A stretch of DNA of 64,000 nucleotides from Candidatus Parcubacteria bacterium (GCA_025999395.1 AP024682.1:2105-66104), one strand, 5' to 3'; shown: positions 42,006 through 51,502, counted from the first letter of the stretch. The notes: generated by a model not told the origin, from the letters alone. Numbers and translations: made by a program.

Positions 42006-42581
42006 TTACCTTTTTTTGTTTTTATTCTCATTTCTAAAAACCAAAGCTTTTTTAAGATTAATCAGGGCTCGATATTGAAGAGATCGAATGGCGGTATTAG
42101 ATTTTCCCATAATTTCTTCTATTTCAGGCAAAGTTAATCCTTCAAAAAATCTCAAAATAATAACCTGCCTTTGTTCTTCGCTTAAACTATCCAAAACCTC
42201 CCAAACATCTTTTAGCAAATTTCTTAAATCTAAATCATCTTCCAAAGAAGAAGAACTTTCTTTTTCTAAATAAGAAAAATCAGCAACACTAACTTCTTTC
42301 TTTTGACGAAAATAATCTACCAGTAAATGATGAGCAATCTTAAAAAGCCAAGCTAAGATTTTCTCTCTTTCTCGAAGAAGGTGAATTTTTTCCCAAGCTT
42401 TTAGAAAGACGGCCTGACAGAGATCTTCTGCCAAAGCTTGATTTCTCAGGCGCAAAAAGAAAAAGCGAAAAATCAAAGCAACATATTCCTGATAAACCTT
42501 TTCAAAAGCTTCTTTGTCAAAAGAAGAAGCGCTTTCCACCAATTTTTCAAATGTCTTACTTAAATTATCTTTTTCTTCCAT
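42006..42581 (-). CDS. ECF-type RNA polymerase sigma factor (sigma-70 regions 2 and 4)
   Basis: Region 2 ...LCQAVFLKAWEKIHLL...WLFKIAHHLLVDYFRQKK. Region 4 LSEEQRQVIILRFFEGLTLPEIEEIMGKSNTAIRSLQYRALINLKK. Confidence 0.7.
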   Translation of the reverse strand: MEEKDNLSKTFEKLVESASSFDKEAFEKVYQEYVALIFRFFFLRLRNQALAEDLCQAVFLKAWEKIHLLREREKILAWLFKIAHHLLVDYFRQKKEVSVADFSYLEKESSSSLEDDLDLRNLLKDVWEVLDSLSEEQRQVIILRFFEGLTLPEIEEIMGKSNTAIRSLQYRALINLKKALVFRNENKNKKR

Positions 42582-42685
42582 ATAAGACGCTAAAATTAAA
42601 AATTTGTGATGACAAAACCAACAATTGCTTCAAAAGGCTTAAATTCTATTATACTTCTTTTTTAGAAAATATAAAAAAACAGCAG

Positions 42686-43579
42686 CTAATTATTAAAAAA
42701 AACATTCAGTTGAGAAAGATTTTTTCTCAGAATTTCTTCAAAAGAATCGCCCTTTTCACCAGCTGCATCCAAAATTATTAGCCGAGCTGAAATTTTTCTT
42801 TCCTTTAAGAAAAACTCAAATTCTTGAGCGGGGAAATCACTATTTACCAAGATAAAAGAATTCTTTTTGCCTTCAACTTTTTTAGCTAACTCTTCAAAAG
42901 TTTCGTTTTGAGAAGAAGTCTTAATTTCAAAGGAATCGCTTACCTTAAAGCCAATTTCTTCTAAAAAATTAACCCACCTTTTATCCGTCAAAAGAAAAAA
43001 CTTTTGAGGGAAAGAAAAGCGATTTCCCTCAAGCCACTGGGAGATCTTTCGCAAAGAAACAATTTTTTCATAAGCTTGATCAAGATAAAAAGTGCGATTA
43101 ATAGGATCCAATTGTCCAAAAAGACGAGCCAAAAAGCTGATTATCTTTTCCAAAGCCTGAGGGGAAACCCAAAAAAAATCTTTGGCTTGGTAGTCAGAAT
43201 CAGAGATTTCCTGAGCCAAATTAATAATTTGAGCCTCATCTAAATCTTTGTCCGGAAATTTTTCCTTTAATTGTTGAAAGCTTCTAAAATCATCATCGTT
43301 TAAAGCCAAAAAAACCGGCTGCCTTCCCAAATTAAAATTCAAAGAAAAGTTATCTTCCTCAACTTTTTTTAAAACAAGGTTAGAAGAGGAAAGCTCCTGA
43401 ACCAAAAGAAAAAGGGTAGGATTTTTAACTACAACTACCCTTCGAGCCTCTAAAGGTAAAGAGTCCAAGGAGAAGTTTTTTTTCTGAAAGCTATTCTGAA
43501 GCAAAAAAAGAAAAATTCCAGTTAAGAAAAAAATTATTCCAAACAAAAGCCAATCCTTTTTATTTCTAAAAAGAAACAT
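42686..43579 (-). CDS. hypothetical membrane-anchored protein
   Basis: 297 aa. N-terminal TM (WLLFGIIFFLTGIFLFLL). Confidence 0.3.
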   Translation of the reverse strand: MFLFRNKKDWLLFGIIFFLTGIFLFLLQNSFQKKNFSLDSLPLEARRVVVVKNPTLFLLVQELSSSNLVLKKVEEDNFSLNFNLGRQPVFLALNDDDFRSFQQLKEKFPDKDLDEAQIINLAQEISDSDYQAKDFFWVSPQALEKIISFLARLFGQLDPINRTFYLDQAYEKIVSLRKISQWLEGNRFSFPQKFFLLTDKRWVNFLEEIGFKVSDSFEIKTSSQNETFEELAKKVEGKKNSFILVNSDFPAQEFEFFLKERKISARLIILDAAGEKGDSFEEILRKNLSQLNVFFNN

Positions 43580-43594
43580 AAAATTGCCAAAAAT

Positions 43595-44947
43595 TTAATT
43601 TTCCAAACCCCTCAAAGAAGGAAGGTTAAAAATAAAGGTTAAAGGATCAAAGTAACCAAAATCTTGAGGGTTAGAAGAGGTATAGCCAACACAAGCTGTT
43701 CCCTTTGGACTAAGGCATTCATCTTTGAGAGGAGCGCCTAAAACCGGAGCAGTTTTGATTTCCAAGTGAAGATGGAGATCATCCTCTCCCTGTTTTTGAC
43801 ACCCATCCTCGCCAACTTTCCAAAAACGACAACCAAAACCAGTATTTCCAACTTTTCCTAATAAACTTCCACCCTTAAGATAATCTCCCTCCTTAATCTC
43901 TGGATTAAGAGATTCCAAATGTCCATACAGCGAATAAAAGGTTTCTCCATCCTTTTGATGCTTTAAGATAACAGTATTTCCCAAACCGCCGTCTTCTTTT
44001 CCATTAAGAATAATTTTTTCTACTATTCCCGGATAAACAGAAAAAACATTCAAATTCAAAGCATCGGGCAAAGGAGCTAAATCTAAGCCGGAATGCTGAA
44101 TATAGTTTTCTCTCTTATCCTGAAAATAATTCCAGTTATTTTTTAGAGGAGAATTAAATCTTTGGCGAATCCAAAAAGAAGAAACATCTACCGGGGCGAA
44201 AAATCCTTCCTTTAAAGTTGCCCCCTCAAAGGTTAGATACGAAACCACCGCATCTCCAGTTTGAGCGGTTTGAAAAAAATCCTCCGCCACCTTATCTTCC
44301 AACCGCAAACAACCTCCCGAAAATTGACTGCTAACCTTTGTACCATCCTGATAATAAGGAATGCTGTGAATAAAGAAATCTTCATACAATTGAACAGCGT
44401 TTTCCATAAAAACCGGAACGATTGAAGAAAGAAATTTCTTTTTCTTTACTCCAATCTCAAAAAATCCAGTAGGTGTCTGAAACCATTTGCCATAAGGCGC
44501 CTGATAAGCAACCGGAAAGGTCTTTTTTAAAAGCCCATTTTCATAAAAAAGAATTCGATTATCAGAAAGATTAATTTCAAAAAGACGCCAGCGATTTAAT
44601 TTGGGAGGATAAAAACAAAACTTTTTATCAGTTTCCTCAAAAAAAGAGGCATCCGAACTACAATAATAGTTTACCTGCCCAGAAAAAGATTTTTCTAAAG
44701 CTAAATTTTGAGAAAAGCCCTCAGAAGAGGTAGAGCTTTGAGAAAAGCTTTCTTGGAGCTGATTTGCTAACAATAAATCATCGCCTTCATTTACTAAAGA
44801 AGCTTTTAAAAAAGAGGAGGGGTCTTTTTCTCCCCAAGATCCCGAATAAGCAAAAAGAAATCCTCCCACCACCAACAAAAGAAAAACCGCTAAAAAGTAA
44901 GCAATTCTCATCTCTTCAAGGATAAACAAAAAAATACCGATCCTCAA
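43595..44947 (-). CDS. cell-wall hydrolase fusion: L,D-transpeptidase (YkuD) domain + M23 metallopeptidase domain
   Basis: YkuD-like catalytic segment HSIPYYQDGTKVSSQFSGGCLRL (H...SxGC[LI]R). M23 motifs HSGLDLAP...GNTG...HLHLEIK (HxxxD / HxH). Confidence 0.6.
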   Translation of the reverse strand: MRIGIFLFILEEMRIAYFLAVFLLLVVGGFLFAYSGSWGEKDPSSFLKASLVNEGDDLLLANQLQESFSQSSTSSEGFSQNLALEKSFSGQVNYYCSSDASFFEETDKKFCFYPPKLNRWRLFEINLSDNRILFYENGLLKKTFPVAYQAPYGKWFQTPTGFFEIGVKKKKFLSSIVPVFMENAVQLYEDFFIHSIPYYQDGTKVSSQFSGGCLRLEDKVAEDFFQTAQTGDAVVSYLTFEGATLKEGFFAPVDVSSFWIRQRFNSPLKNNWNYFQDKRENYIQHSGLDLAPLPDALNLNVFSVYPGIVEKIILNGKEDGGLGNTVILKHQKDGETFYSLYGHLESLNPEIKEGDYLKGGSLLGKVGNTGFGCRFWKVGEDGCQKQGEDDLHLHLEIKTAPVLGAPLKDECLSPKGTACVGYTSSNPQDFGYFDPLTFIFNLPSLRGLEN

Positions 44948-45145
44948 GCTCTTTGATCTGTTTTCTCATTAAACTGAAGGCTTTTAATAGTTCAAAAGGG
45001 ATTTGGCAAAACAAAAATAAAGTGTTATATTGATAATAAATCAAGCTCCCTTTTTAGGGAGCTTTTTTAAAGATTAATGAAAATCAACGAGATTTTAAAA
45101 GGATTAATAAGTTTATGAAACTAAAAGGGCTCTGATTCGTTTTAT

Positions 45146-45742
45146 ATGAAAGATGAACTTTATAATCTAAAAAAGGGAGATTTAGATCAAGATGAGGAGG
45201 TTTTGGTAAAACAAGCTATCGAGGGGGATGCTAAGGCTTTTGGATTGATTTATGATAAGTATCAGCCCTCTATTTTTAGGTTCATTTACCTAAAAGTAGG
45301 CCACCGGGAAGAAGCTGAAGATTTAACCCATCAAACCTTTCTCTCTGCTTGGCAAAGTATTGGAGAGTTTCAGCAAAGAAACCTTCCTATCTCCAGCTGG
45401 CTTTACAGAATCGCCCGCAATAAGGTGATTGACTACTACCGCACCCGGAAGATGACGCTGGAATTAGAAAAAAACGATCAGGAATCGGAAGAAAACCTTG
45501 CCACCAACCCCTTTGAAAGCTTATCTCAAAAGATGAGCTTGGAGATAGTAGAAAAAGCTTTGCGACTGCTCCCCCCTCATTATCAGGATGTCTTGATTAT
45601 GAGGTTTGTGGAAGAAATGTCTTATAAAGAAATTTCTCAAGTGATTGGAAAAAGTCAGGGATTAATTAGAGTAATTCAATTCCGAGCTCTGAAAAAAATC
45701 AAAAAAATTATCGAAGAAAATGAAAAAAAACGAGATAATTAA
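45146..45742 (+). CDS. ECF-type RNA polymerase sigma factor
   Basis: Region 2 FLSAWQSIGEF...WLYRIARNKVIDYYR. Region 4 LPPHYQDVLIMRFVEEMSYKEISQVIGKSQGLIRVIQFRALKKI. Confidence 0.7.
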   Translation: MKDELYNLKKGDLDQDEEVLVKQAIEGDAKAFGLIYDKYQPSIFRFIYLKVGHREEAEDLTHQTFLSAWQSIGEFQQRNLPISSWLYRIARNKVIDYYRTRKMTLELEKNDQESEENLATNPFESLSQKMSLEIVEKALRLLPPHYQDVLIMRFVEEMSYKEISQVIGKSQGLIRVIQFRALKKIKKIIEENEKKRDN

Positions 45743-46262
45743 AAATCTTAAATTTTTCCGAGAAATCCAGCCCAAAGAGGAGTTTAGCAACCGCTCCAAA
45801 ACAGCGTTGTTAAGCTACTTTTCTCAAAACAAATCCTACCCCAAACTTGAAACAACTTTAGCTAAAAAAGAATCGCCAAGATTAGTTTCTTCTTTAGTAA
45901 GAAAGGTGGCTGTTTCCTTTTCCTTTACTTTAGCCGCTTTAATCTTGTTGGTGGGAATTTTTTATCTTACTCGGGAAATTTCTCCGCTCTTTTTGCCTGG
46001 ATTAAATGAGAGTAAAATTAGAGCAGAAGCAGAAGTAATTAATAACCAAATCAATATCAAATTCTCTCAATTAGAAAAGTTCAAAGAAACTGCCTCTCAA
46101 GAAAATAAAATTCTTCGACAAACCGCCACTAACCAACTTGACCACTTAAACGAAATAGTTTTAGATAAGGAAAAGAAAGAGGTTGATCTTTCTTCGGCTC
46201 AAAGTTTATTAGAGAAAAACAAGGAGCTTAATCAGATTTTAGAATCTTTAAGTCAGGAATAA
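45720..46262 (+). CDS. putative anti-sigma factor (single TM), overlapping the sigma gene stop
   Basis: 180 aa with TM VAVSFSFTLAALILLVGIFYL. Start overlaps the end of the sigma gene (45720 vs 45742). Confidence 0.35.
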   Translation: MKKNEIIKNLKFFREIQPKEEFSNRSKTALLSYFSQNKSYPKLETTLAKKESPRLVSSLVRKVAVSFSFTLAALILLVGIFYLTREISPLFLPGLNESKIRAEAEVINNQINIKFSQLEKFKETASQENKILRQTATNQLDHLNEIVLDKEKKEVDLSSAQSLLEKNKELNQILESLSQE

Positions 46263-46267
46263 ATCAA

Positions 46268-47188
46268 ATGTTTATTTCAAAAGATCAGAAAAGAAAAGCT
46301 TACTTTTTAATTCTTACTTTAGTAGGAGTAAGTTTGTTTTTGGGCAGCTTCATCCATCTCCAAGCTCAATCAGTCACCAAATTGGAAGAAAAGCTGGCTC
46401 AAACTCAATCAGAACTTAAAAAACTCTTTGAAATTAAGGACGACACTCAAATAAGCCCAGAAGAAAAAGAAAAATTAGAAAAAGAGCTGCGCTTAAAAAT
46501 CATCTTGGAAATTATAGAAATTTCCCAAACCCAATTAGAAGAACTAAAACACAACTGGGAAAAAATTCCCAACTTTCCTCTTTCAGAAGATTGGCAGAAA
46601 GTTAAAGAATTTTTCTTAAAGAAAATAGACGAGTCTCAAGGCTACTGGGAAAGTCAAAAAGCTTACCTTAAAGAAAAGGAGGGGGAGTTAACCACTAAAG
46701 ATTTAAAGGATTTGGCTAAAAAAATTGAAGAAGATAAAAAATCTCAAATCGATCCTTTAATTGAGCAGTCCAGCGAGATTTTTATGGTTTTTGATTTAAC
46801 GGAAATTCTTGAGATTGCTAATCAAAGGTTAGAAAAGATTAGAGTTGATGTAAATAAAATCTACTCTAAAAAAATGACCCAAAGTCCAACTTTAAAGAAT
46901 CTTTTAACTCAAGCCTCCGATTATTTAGATCAAGCTCAGCAATATAACGATCGATCCAAAGAACTAATTCTTCATCTTTATGATCCGCAAGAGAAAGATT
47001 TGGCTGATATCCAAAACTTAATAGAAGAAGTAAGAAAACAACTAAGAAAAACCAAGGGAGATTTTTCTCTTCAAGAGGAGGGGCAAGATTATATCCGAGA
47101 ATTAATCCTTCTTGCCTTTGGAAAGGTAAAATCCAGCTACGAACTTTTCTTAAAGATGAGCACCTTAGCAAAACAGTTAATTATTTAA
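46268..47188 (+). CDS. hypothetical membrane-anchored coiled-coil protein
   Basis: 306 aa. N-terminal TM (AYFLILTLVGVSLFLGSFIHL). Confidence 0.3.
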   Translation: MFISKDQKRKAYFLILTLVGVSLFLGSFIHLQAQSVTKLEEKLAQTQSELKKLFEIKDDTQISPEEKEKLEKELRLKIILEIIEISQTQLEELKHNWEKIPNFPLSEDWQKVKEFFLKKIDESQGYWESQKAYLKEKEGELTTKDLKDLAKKIEEDKKSQIDPLIEQSSEIFMVFDLTEILEIANQRLEKIRVDVNKIYSKKMTQSPTLKNLLTQASDYLDQAQQYNDRSKELILHLYDPQEKDLADIQNLIEEVRKQLRKTKGDFSLQEEGQDYIRELILLAFGKVKSSYELFLKMSTLAKQLII

Positions 47189-47211
47189 CTTTAGCCCCAT
47201 TTTCCTAATCA

Positions 47212-47252
47212 AAAATAAAGGCTTGTCTTTCTAAGACAAGCCTTTATTTTTC
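47212..47252. terminator. bidirectional rho-independent terminator between convergent genes
   Basis: AAAGGCTTGTCTT-TCTAA-GACAAGCCTTT hairpin flanked by T-runs on both strands (ATTTTTC on +, ATTTTTGATT on -). Confidence 0.55.
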
Positions 47253-47275
47253 TTTTAAGGGATTATCCAAAAACT

Positions 47276-47551
47276 TTAGAGAACCGCTTCTTTGAGAGCT
47301 TTAGCCGCTCTGAATTTGGGCTTGGTTGAGGCAGGGATATGAATCTTTTCTCCAGTGCGCGGATTGATTCCTTCTCGAGCCGCTCTCTTAGAAACCCGAA
47401 AAGTACCAAACCCCGGGATAGAGACTTCCTCGCCGCGGCTTAAAGCCTTGGTAATAGTGTCAAAAACCGCATCTACCGCTGCCGCCGCCTGCTTTTTTAC
47501 CTCAATCCCGGCTGCCTTCATTACCGCTTCAACTAACTGTGGTTTTTTCAT
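47276..47551 (-). CDS. hup: DNA-binding protein HU
   Basis: 91 aa. MKKPQLVEAVMKAAG...VSIPGFGTFRVSKRAAREGINPRTGEKIHIPASTKPKFRAAKALK, the canonical HU/IHF arm. Confidence 0.85.
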   Translation of the reverse strand: MKKPQLVEAVMKAAGIEVKKQAAAAVDAVFDTITKALSRGEEVSIPGFGTFRVSKRAAREGINPRTGEKIHIPASTKPKFRAAKALKEAVL

Positions 47552-47782
47552 ATGAGAAAATAAGAGATTTTATAATTTAAGAGTTAGTCGACCTTTTCTT
47601 ATACGCCTACTAAAATGGCGCTTTTTCTTACTAAATTATAGACTAAAAAATCAAAAAAACAAGGTTTTTTATACACTTTCAACGCTTTCAAAATTAATGG
47701 CTCCTGAAGGGTTTTTAAAGCGTATTGGAATAATCGCACTTCAACAGTAACTTTTTTCTTAGTAAAAAGCGCCAATCAAGGC

Positions 47783-49153
47783 TTATTCTACTACAATTGT
47801 GCCAAAATCACTGGGAGCAAGATGATTGTGATATTTCCAACTACCTTTTTTGGTAAAAGTAAAACTCCAAGAATTACCGGGCAAAACGCCGCTACAAGCA
47901 TCAAAGGCAACAGCGGCGGTGTCAGGGCAATGCTCCTCAAGCGAAGTACCACCATAAACGGTATGACTGGGATGAAATGCCGATGCTGTCCACATTGATC
48001 GCGAGCTTTCATTTTTGAAGATAACCGTTGTTCCAGCCTTTATTTTTAAAATGCTTGGTGAATAGCCTGAGTTAGTATAAGTCACAACACTTTGTTCAAC
48101 AGAGCTTTGTTTTTCATCTTTTTCTTCTTCCTCTAGCCGACCTTCTTGTTGATTTACTTCCTCTCTATTTTTGTCCCCCTCTTCTTTGTTCTTATTAACT
48201 TCTTTCGATTTTTCTTCCTCTACTTCTTTTATTTTTTTCTCCTCTTCCTTTTGTTCTTCGGCTTCAGCTTTTTTATCCTCATCATCTTCTGCCTCGGATA
48301 ACTTTTCTAAGTTCTTTTCCACCTCTTTAAGACTCTTTTTAGCTTCTTTAACTAAACGCTTTGCTTCATCATAATTGCCGCTTGTAAAAGCAGATTTTAC
48401 CTGAGAAAGAAGGCTGTCAAATGTATTAAACGCTCCAGCGGGTATTTCGACATTTTCGTTCTTTGCTTCGTTTATAATTTCTGCCTTATCTTTTTCAACT
48501 TCTCTGATTTTTTTGGCAATTTCTTCCTGTAATCCCATTGCTTCCTCAATTTGTTCTCTTTCTTCCTCAACTACTGAATCGCTCTCTTCTTCTTTCTGAT
48601 CAAGTAACTCTCTTTGAGTTTTTACTTCAGCAAGCTGTTTTACAAGTGCCTCAACTTGAGCTGTGTCGCCTTCTTGGCGAGCTTCTTTTATTTTCGCTTT
48701 TAGCTCGCTTTCTTTTGCTTTAAGAGCTTCTTTTTGAGTTTGAAAGGTTTCTTTAAGAGTATTCTGCACTTCTTCAACCTCTTGAGAAAGTTCTTTGGCA
48801 AGATTAGCGGTATCTTTTCCACTTTGTTTTTCCTCTACTAAAACAACCGCAGCTTTTTTAAGATTGTCCGCTAGCCTTGCTTCAGCAACGCTTAATCCCT
48901 TGGCGTTTACACCCTTCTTTTCTAAAACAAGCTTTATTTCGGCAATCCGCTCTTTAGCAAAACTAATTTCAAGTCGAGCCTGGCTTTCAGGATTAAAAGT
49001 GAAAAATCGCTGAAGAGCCTCGCCTAACCGATCAAGAAAATAAAATGGACTTTCTGGTGTAAGCCCAGCGCTTGGCAAATTCGTTTGATTTTGAGCAAAA
49101 ACCAAAAGCGGGAGAGCAAAAAGCGAGATAGCAAATAACTTTATTTTATTCAT
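47783..49153 (-). CDS. secreted coiled-coil/acidic protein with C-terminal cupredoxin-like domain
   Basis: Signal peptide MNKIKLFAISLFALPLLVFA. Long E/K-rich coiled coil. C-terminal ~100 aa with H...C...H...(FHPSHTVYGG, EHCP, ACSGV, KYHNHLAPSDFG), reminiscent of type-1 copper site spacing. Confidence 0.35.
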   Translation of the reverse strand: MNKIKLFAISLFALPLLVFAQNQTNLPSAGLTPESPFYFLDRLGEALQRFFTFNPESQARLEISFAKERIAEIKLVLEKKGVNAKGLSVAEARLADNLKKAAVVLVEEKQSGKDTANLAKELSQEVEEVQNTLKETFQTQKEALKAKESELKAKIKEARQEGDTAQVEALVKQLAEVKTQRELLDQKEEESDSVVEEEREQIEEAMGLQEEIAKKIREVEKDKAEIINEAKNENVEIPAGAFNTFDSLLSQVKSAFTSGNYDEAKRLVKEAKKSLKEVEKNLEKLSEAEDDEDKKAEAEEQKEEEKKIKEVEEEKSKEVNKNKEEGDKNREEVNQQEGRLEEEEKDEKQSSVEQSVVTYTNSGYSPSILKIKAGTTVIFKNESSRSMWTASAFHPSHTVYGGTSLEEHCPDTAAVAFDACSGVLPGNSWSFTFTKKGSWKYHNHLAPSDFGTIVVE

Positions 49154-49208
49154 CGTTTTATTTTTTTTAATAGTTATTACTAATAGTTAAGATATTTTAA
49201 AATCGACT

Positions 49209-49667
49209 TTATTTGTTCCCATTCCCACGCTTTTTCCAAAGTGGGATCCTATTGAAGAGAGATTCTGGCAGAGACTCTATCGTCACCGTCACCGCTGCCG
49301 CTAAAATAGCAATATCTCTTACGGTTATATCAGTAATACCGCTGGTCACTAAAATAACTCCAAGGTGAAGAGCGCCTATTAAAGCTACCAACCAAGTAAA
49401 AGAATTAATTAAAAGCAAAAAACCAACGGAAATATCCAAAATCGCTGTCCCTAACATTGCTTGAGAAAGAGGTATTGGCAAAAGCTTAGCCGCCCAAGGT
49501 TTTAAATAACCTCCCCACGCCTCCGGCTGCTTAAGAATCAAAATACCAATCCAAAGAAAGGTAATCGCCAACCCTATTCTTAAAATATGAAATCCGACTG
49601 CAGAATGTTGATTATTGAATCTCATAAAAAAATACCGCATTAGGGTATTATAAACTTTATTAGTCAA
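49209..49667 (-). CDS. DoxX-family membrane protein
   Basis: 152 aa. Four TM helices with the DoxX-like pattern (RIGLAITFLWIGILIL...). Confidence 0.45.
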   Translation of the reverse strand: MTNKVYNTLMRYFFMRFNNQHSAVGFHILRIGLAITFLWIGILILKQPEAWGGYLKPWAAKLLPIPLSQAMLGTAILDISVGFLLLINSFTWLVALIGALHLGVILVTSGITDITVRDIAILAAAVTVTIESLPESLFNRIPLWKKRGNGNK

Positions 49668-49740
49668 AAAGAAAATTAAACTTACAAAATTAAGAATGTT
49701 TTGAAATAACTTTTAAGTAATAATTTGGGATGAAAAAATT

Positions 49741-51009
49741 AAAAATTGAATAGGTAGATTAGACGATCTCCTGAAGACGACGATAGACGTGATCTACAAA
49801 AGTAGAAATTGAATAGGTAGATTAGACCTCTTTTAGAGAAAATGGACGATTGGATCTACAAAAGTAGAAATTGAATAGGTAGATTAGACACAAAAATGTC
49901 AAGCCCCTACCTGTGGAATCTACAAAAGTAGAAATTGAATAGGTAGATTAGACACTACGTTCAGAGTTAATCCCAGAGTATCTACAAAAGTAGAAATTGA
50001 ATAGGTAGATTAGACAGTTTAAAATCCGGGGCTTGGGTATATATCTACAAAAGTAGAAATTGAATAGGTAGATTAGACTGTATAGAACATCAACACCACA
50101 ATATCTACAAAAGTAGAAATTGAATAGGTAGATTAGACTGGAAATGGTTTGCTTTATATTCAAATCTACAAAAGTAGAAATTGAATAGGTAGATTAGACT
50201 GTTAAAATTCTTAAAAAGTATCTATCGATCTACAAAAGTAGAAATTGAATAGGTAGATTAGACAAATAGTAAATACAGTTATAGAAAAAATCTACAAAAG
50301 TAGAAATTGAATAGGTAGATTAGACAATACATACCAACATTATGGAGCAAAATCTACAAAAGTAGAAATTGAATAGGTAGATTAGACTATCGCTTAGATC
50401 AAAGCATAAATTATCTACAAAAGTAGAAATTGAATAGGTAGATTAGACTAAGCATTAGCCCATACATTGAACAAAATCTACAAAAGTAGAAATTGAATAG
50501 GTAGATTAGACTAAGCATAGCATAACATTGAACAATATCTACAAAAGTAGAAATTGAATAGGTAGATTAGACTGAATTAGCAAGAATACAACCGATGGAT
50601 CTACAAAAGTAGAAATTGAATAGGTAGATTAGACATTGAAATGTCCCCGACCTTTATATTATCTACAAAAGTAGAAATTGAATAGGTAGATTAGACAAAT
50701 ATACATTCCTAATCCTGCCTTTATCTACAAAAGTAGAAATTGAATAGGTAGATTAGACACGAAGTAAAAAGAAATACCGATTCATCTACAAAAGTAGAAA
50801 TTGAATAGGTAGATTAGACTGTATCGCTAAATTCGCAACCCTATCTTATCTACAAAAGTAGAAATTGAATAGGTAGATTAGACATTGGAATAATTATGTG
50901 ATTAAAGTAAAATCTACAAAAGTAGAAATTGAATAGGTAGATTAGACTATTTATGCAATTCTAAACAGAATTAATCTACAAAAGTAGAAATTGAATAGGT
51001 AGATTAGAC
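49741..51009 (-). CRISPR. CRISPR array, type V-A (Cas12a) repeat: 20 full 36-bp repeats + 1 degenerate terminal repeat (49741-49764); 20 spacers of 24-28 nt
   Basis: Plus-strand repeat ATCTACAAAAGTAGAAATTGAATAGGTAGATTAGAC. crRNA sense (minus strand) GTCTAATCTACCTATTCAATTTCTACTTTTGTAGAT ends in the Cas12a handle AAUUUCUACU-UUU-GUAGAU. Full repeats start at 49792, 49854, 49918, 49980, 50043, 50103, 50164, 50228, 50290, 50352, 50413, 50476, 50537, 50599, 50661, 50723, 50784, 50848, 50912, 50974. Confidence 0.95.
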
Positions 51010-51220
51010 AGCGGAAATGGCTTAAAATCAATATAATTTTGGCCAAGCCAAAAATTAATAATTTGCAAAAACCTCATAAAATAAAGCCATTTCCGCCATA
51101 AAAATTCATAAAGACTGAGGTTTTGCAATTTTATGTACATTTTAAAATATAGTAATCTACCCACAACAACTTCTACCTTTGTTATTAATTAAACTAATGT
51201 AAAACTGTCAAAGAACTGGA
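51010..51220 (-). promoter_or_regulatory. CRISPR leader (AT-rich, ~210 bp between cas2 stop and first repeat) with nested inverted repeats
   Basis: 13-bp IR GCGGAAATGGCTT (51011-51023) / AAGCCATTTCCGC (51086-51098). IR TTGCAAAAACCTCA (51056-69) / TGAGGTTTTGCAA (51115-27). Palindrome TTGGCCAA. Inverted degenerate repeat copy at 51153-51183. Confidence 0.5.
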
Positions 51221-51502
51221 CTAACCAAAAACAACCACTTCCTTTTCTTCATTTTCTGAATAACCGTATCTTCTGATTTTCTTTTGGCATGACTCACACA
51301 AACTTAAAATAATCACACTATCAGATCCACCAAATTTCTTGCTATAATTTGATTCTATCTCAATTAAAATATTATTCAAGACTCTTTGACTATTTTTAAT
51401 CTCATAAACAGAATACTGGATTTTCCTACCAAACTTCTTTAAAAATTTAGAAAATTTATTTCTTTGCCTGTCGTCTTGAATATCGTAAGAAACTAAAATC
51501 AT
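51221..51502 (-). CDS. cas2: CRISPR-associated endoribonuclease Cas2
   Basis: 93 aa. MILVSYDIQDDRQRNKFSKFLKKFGRKIQYSVYE, the canonical Cas2 N-terminus (VSYDI...R..V...L...G.R.Q.SV.E). Confidence 0.85.
   Translation of the reverse strand: MILVSYDIQDDRQRNKFSKFLKKFGRKIQYSVYEIKNSQRVLNNILIEIESNYSKKFGGSDSVIILSLCESCQKKIRRYGYSENEEKEVVVFG

Noticed and set aside
49948-50163. 71-aa ORF inside the CRISPR array
   Set aside because: Its translation is the periodic repeat (LIYLFNFYFCRY repeated). This is an artefact of repeat periodicity.
50976-51164. 62-aa ORF in the CRISPR leader
   Set aside because: It is AT-rich low-complexity sequence with no RBS. The region is better explained as leader, inverted repeats and a degenerate repeat copy.
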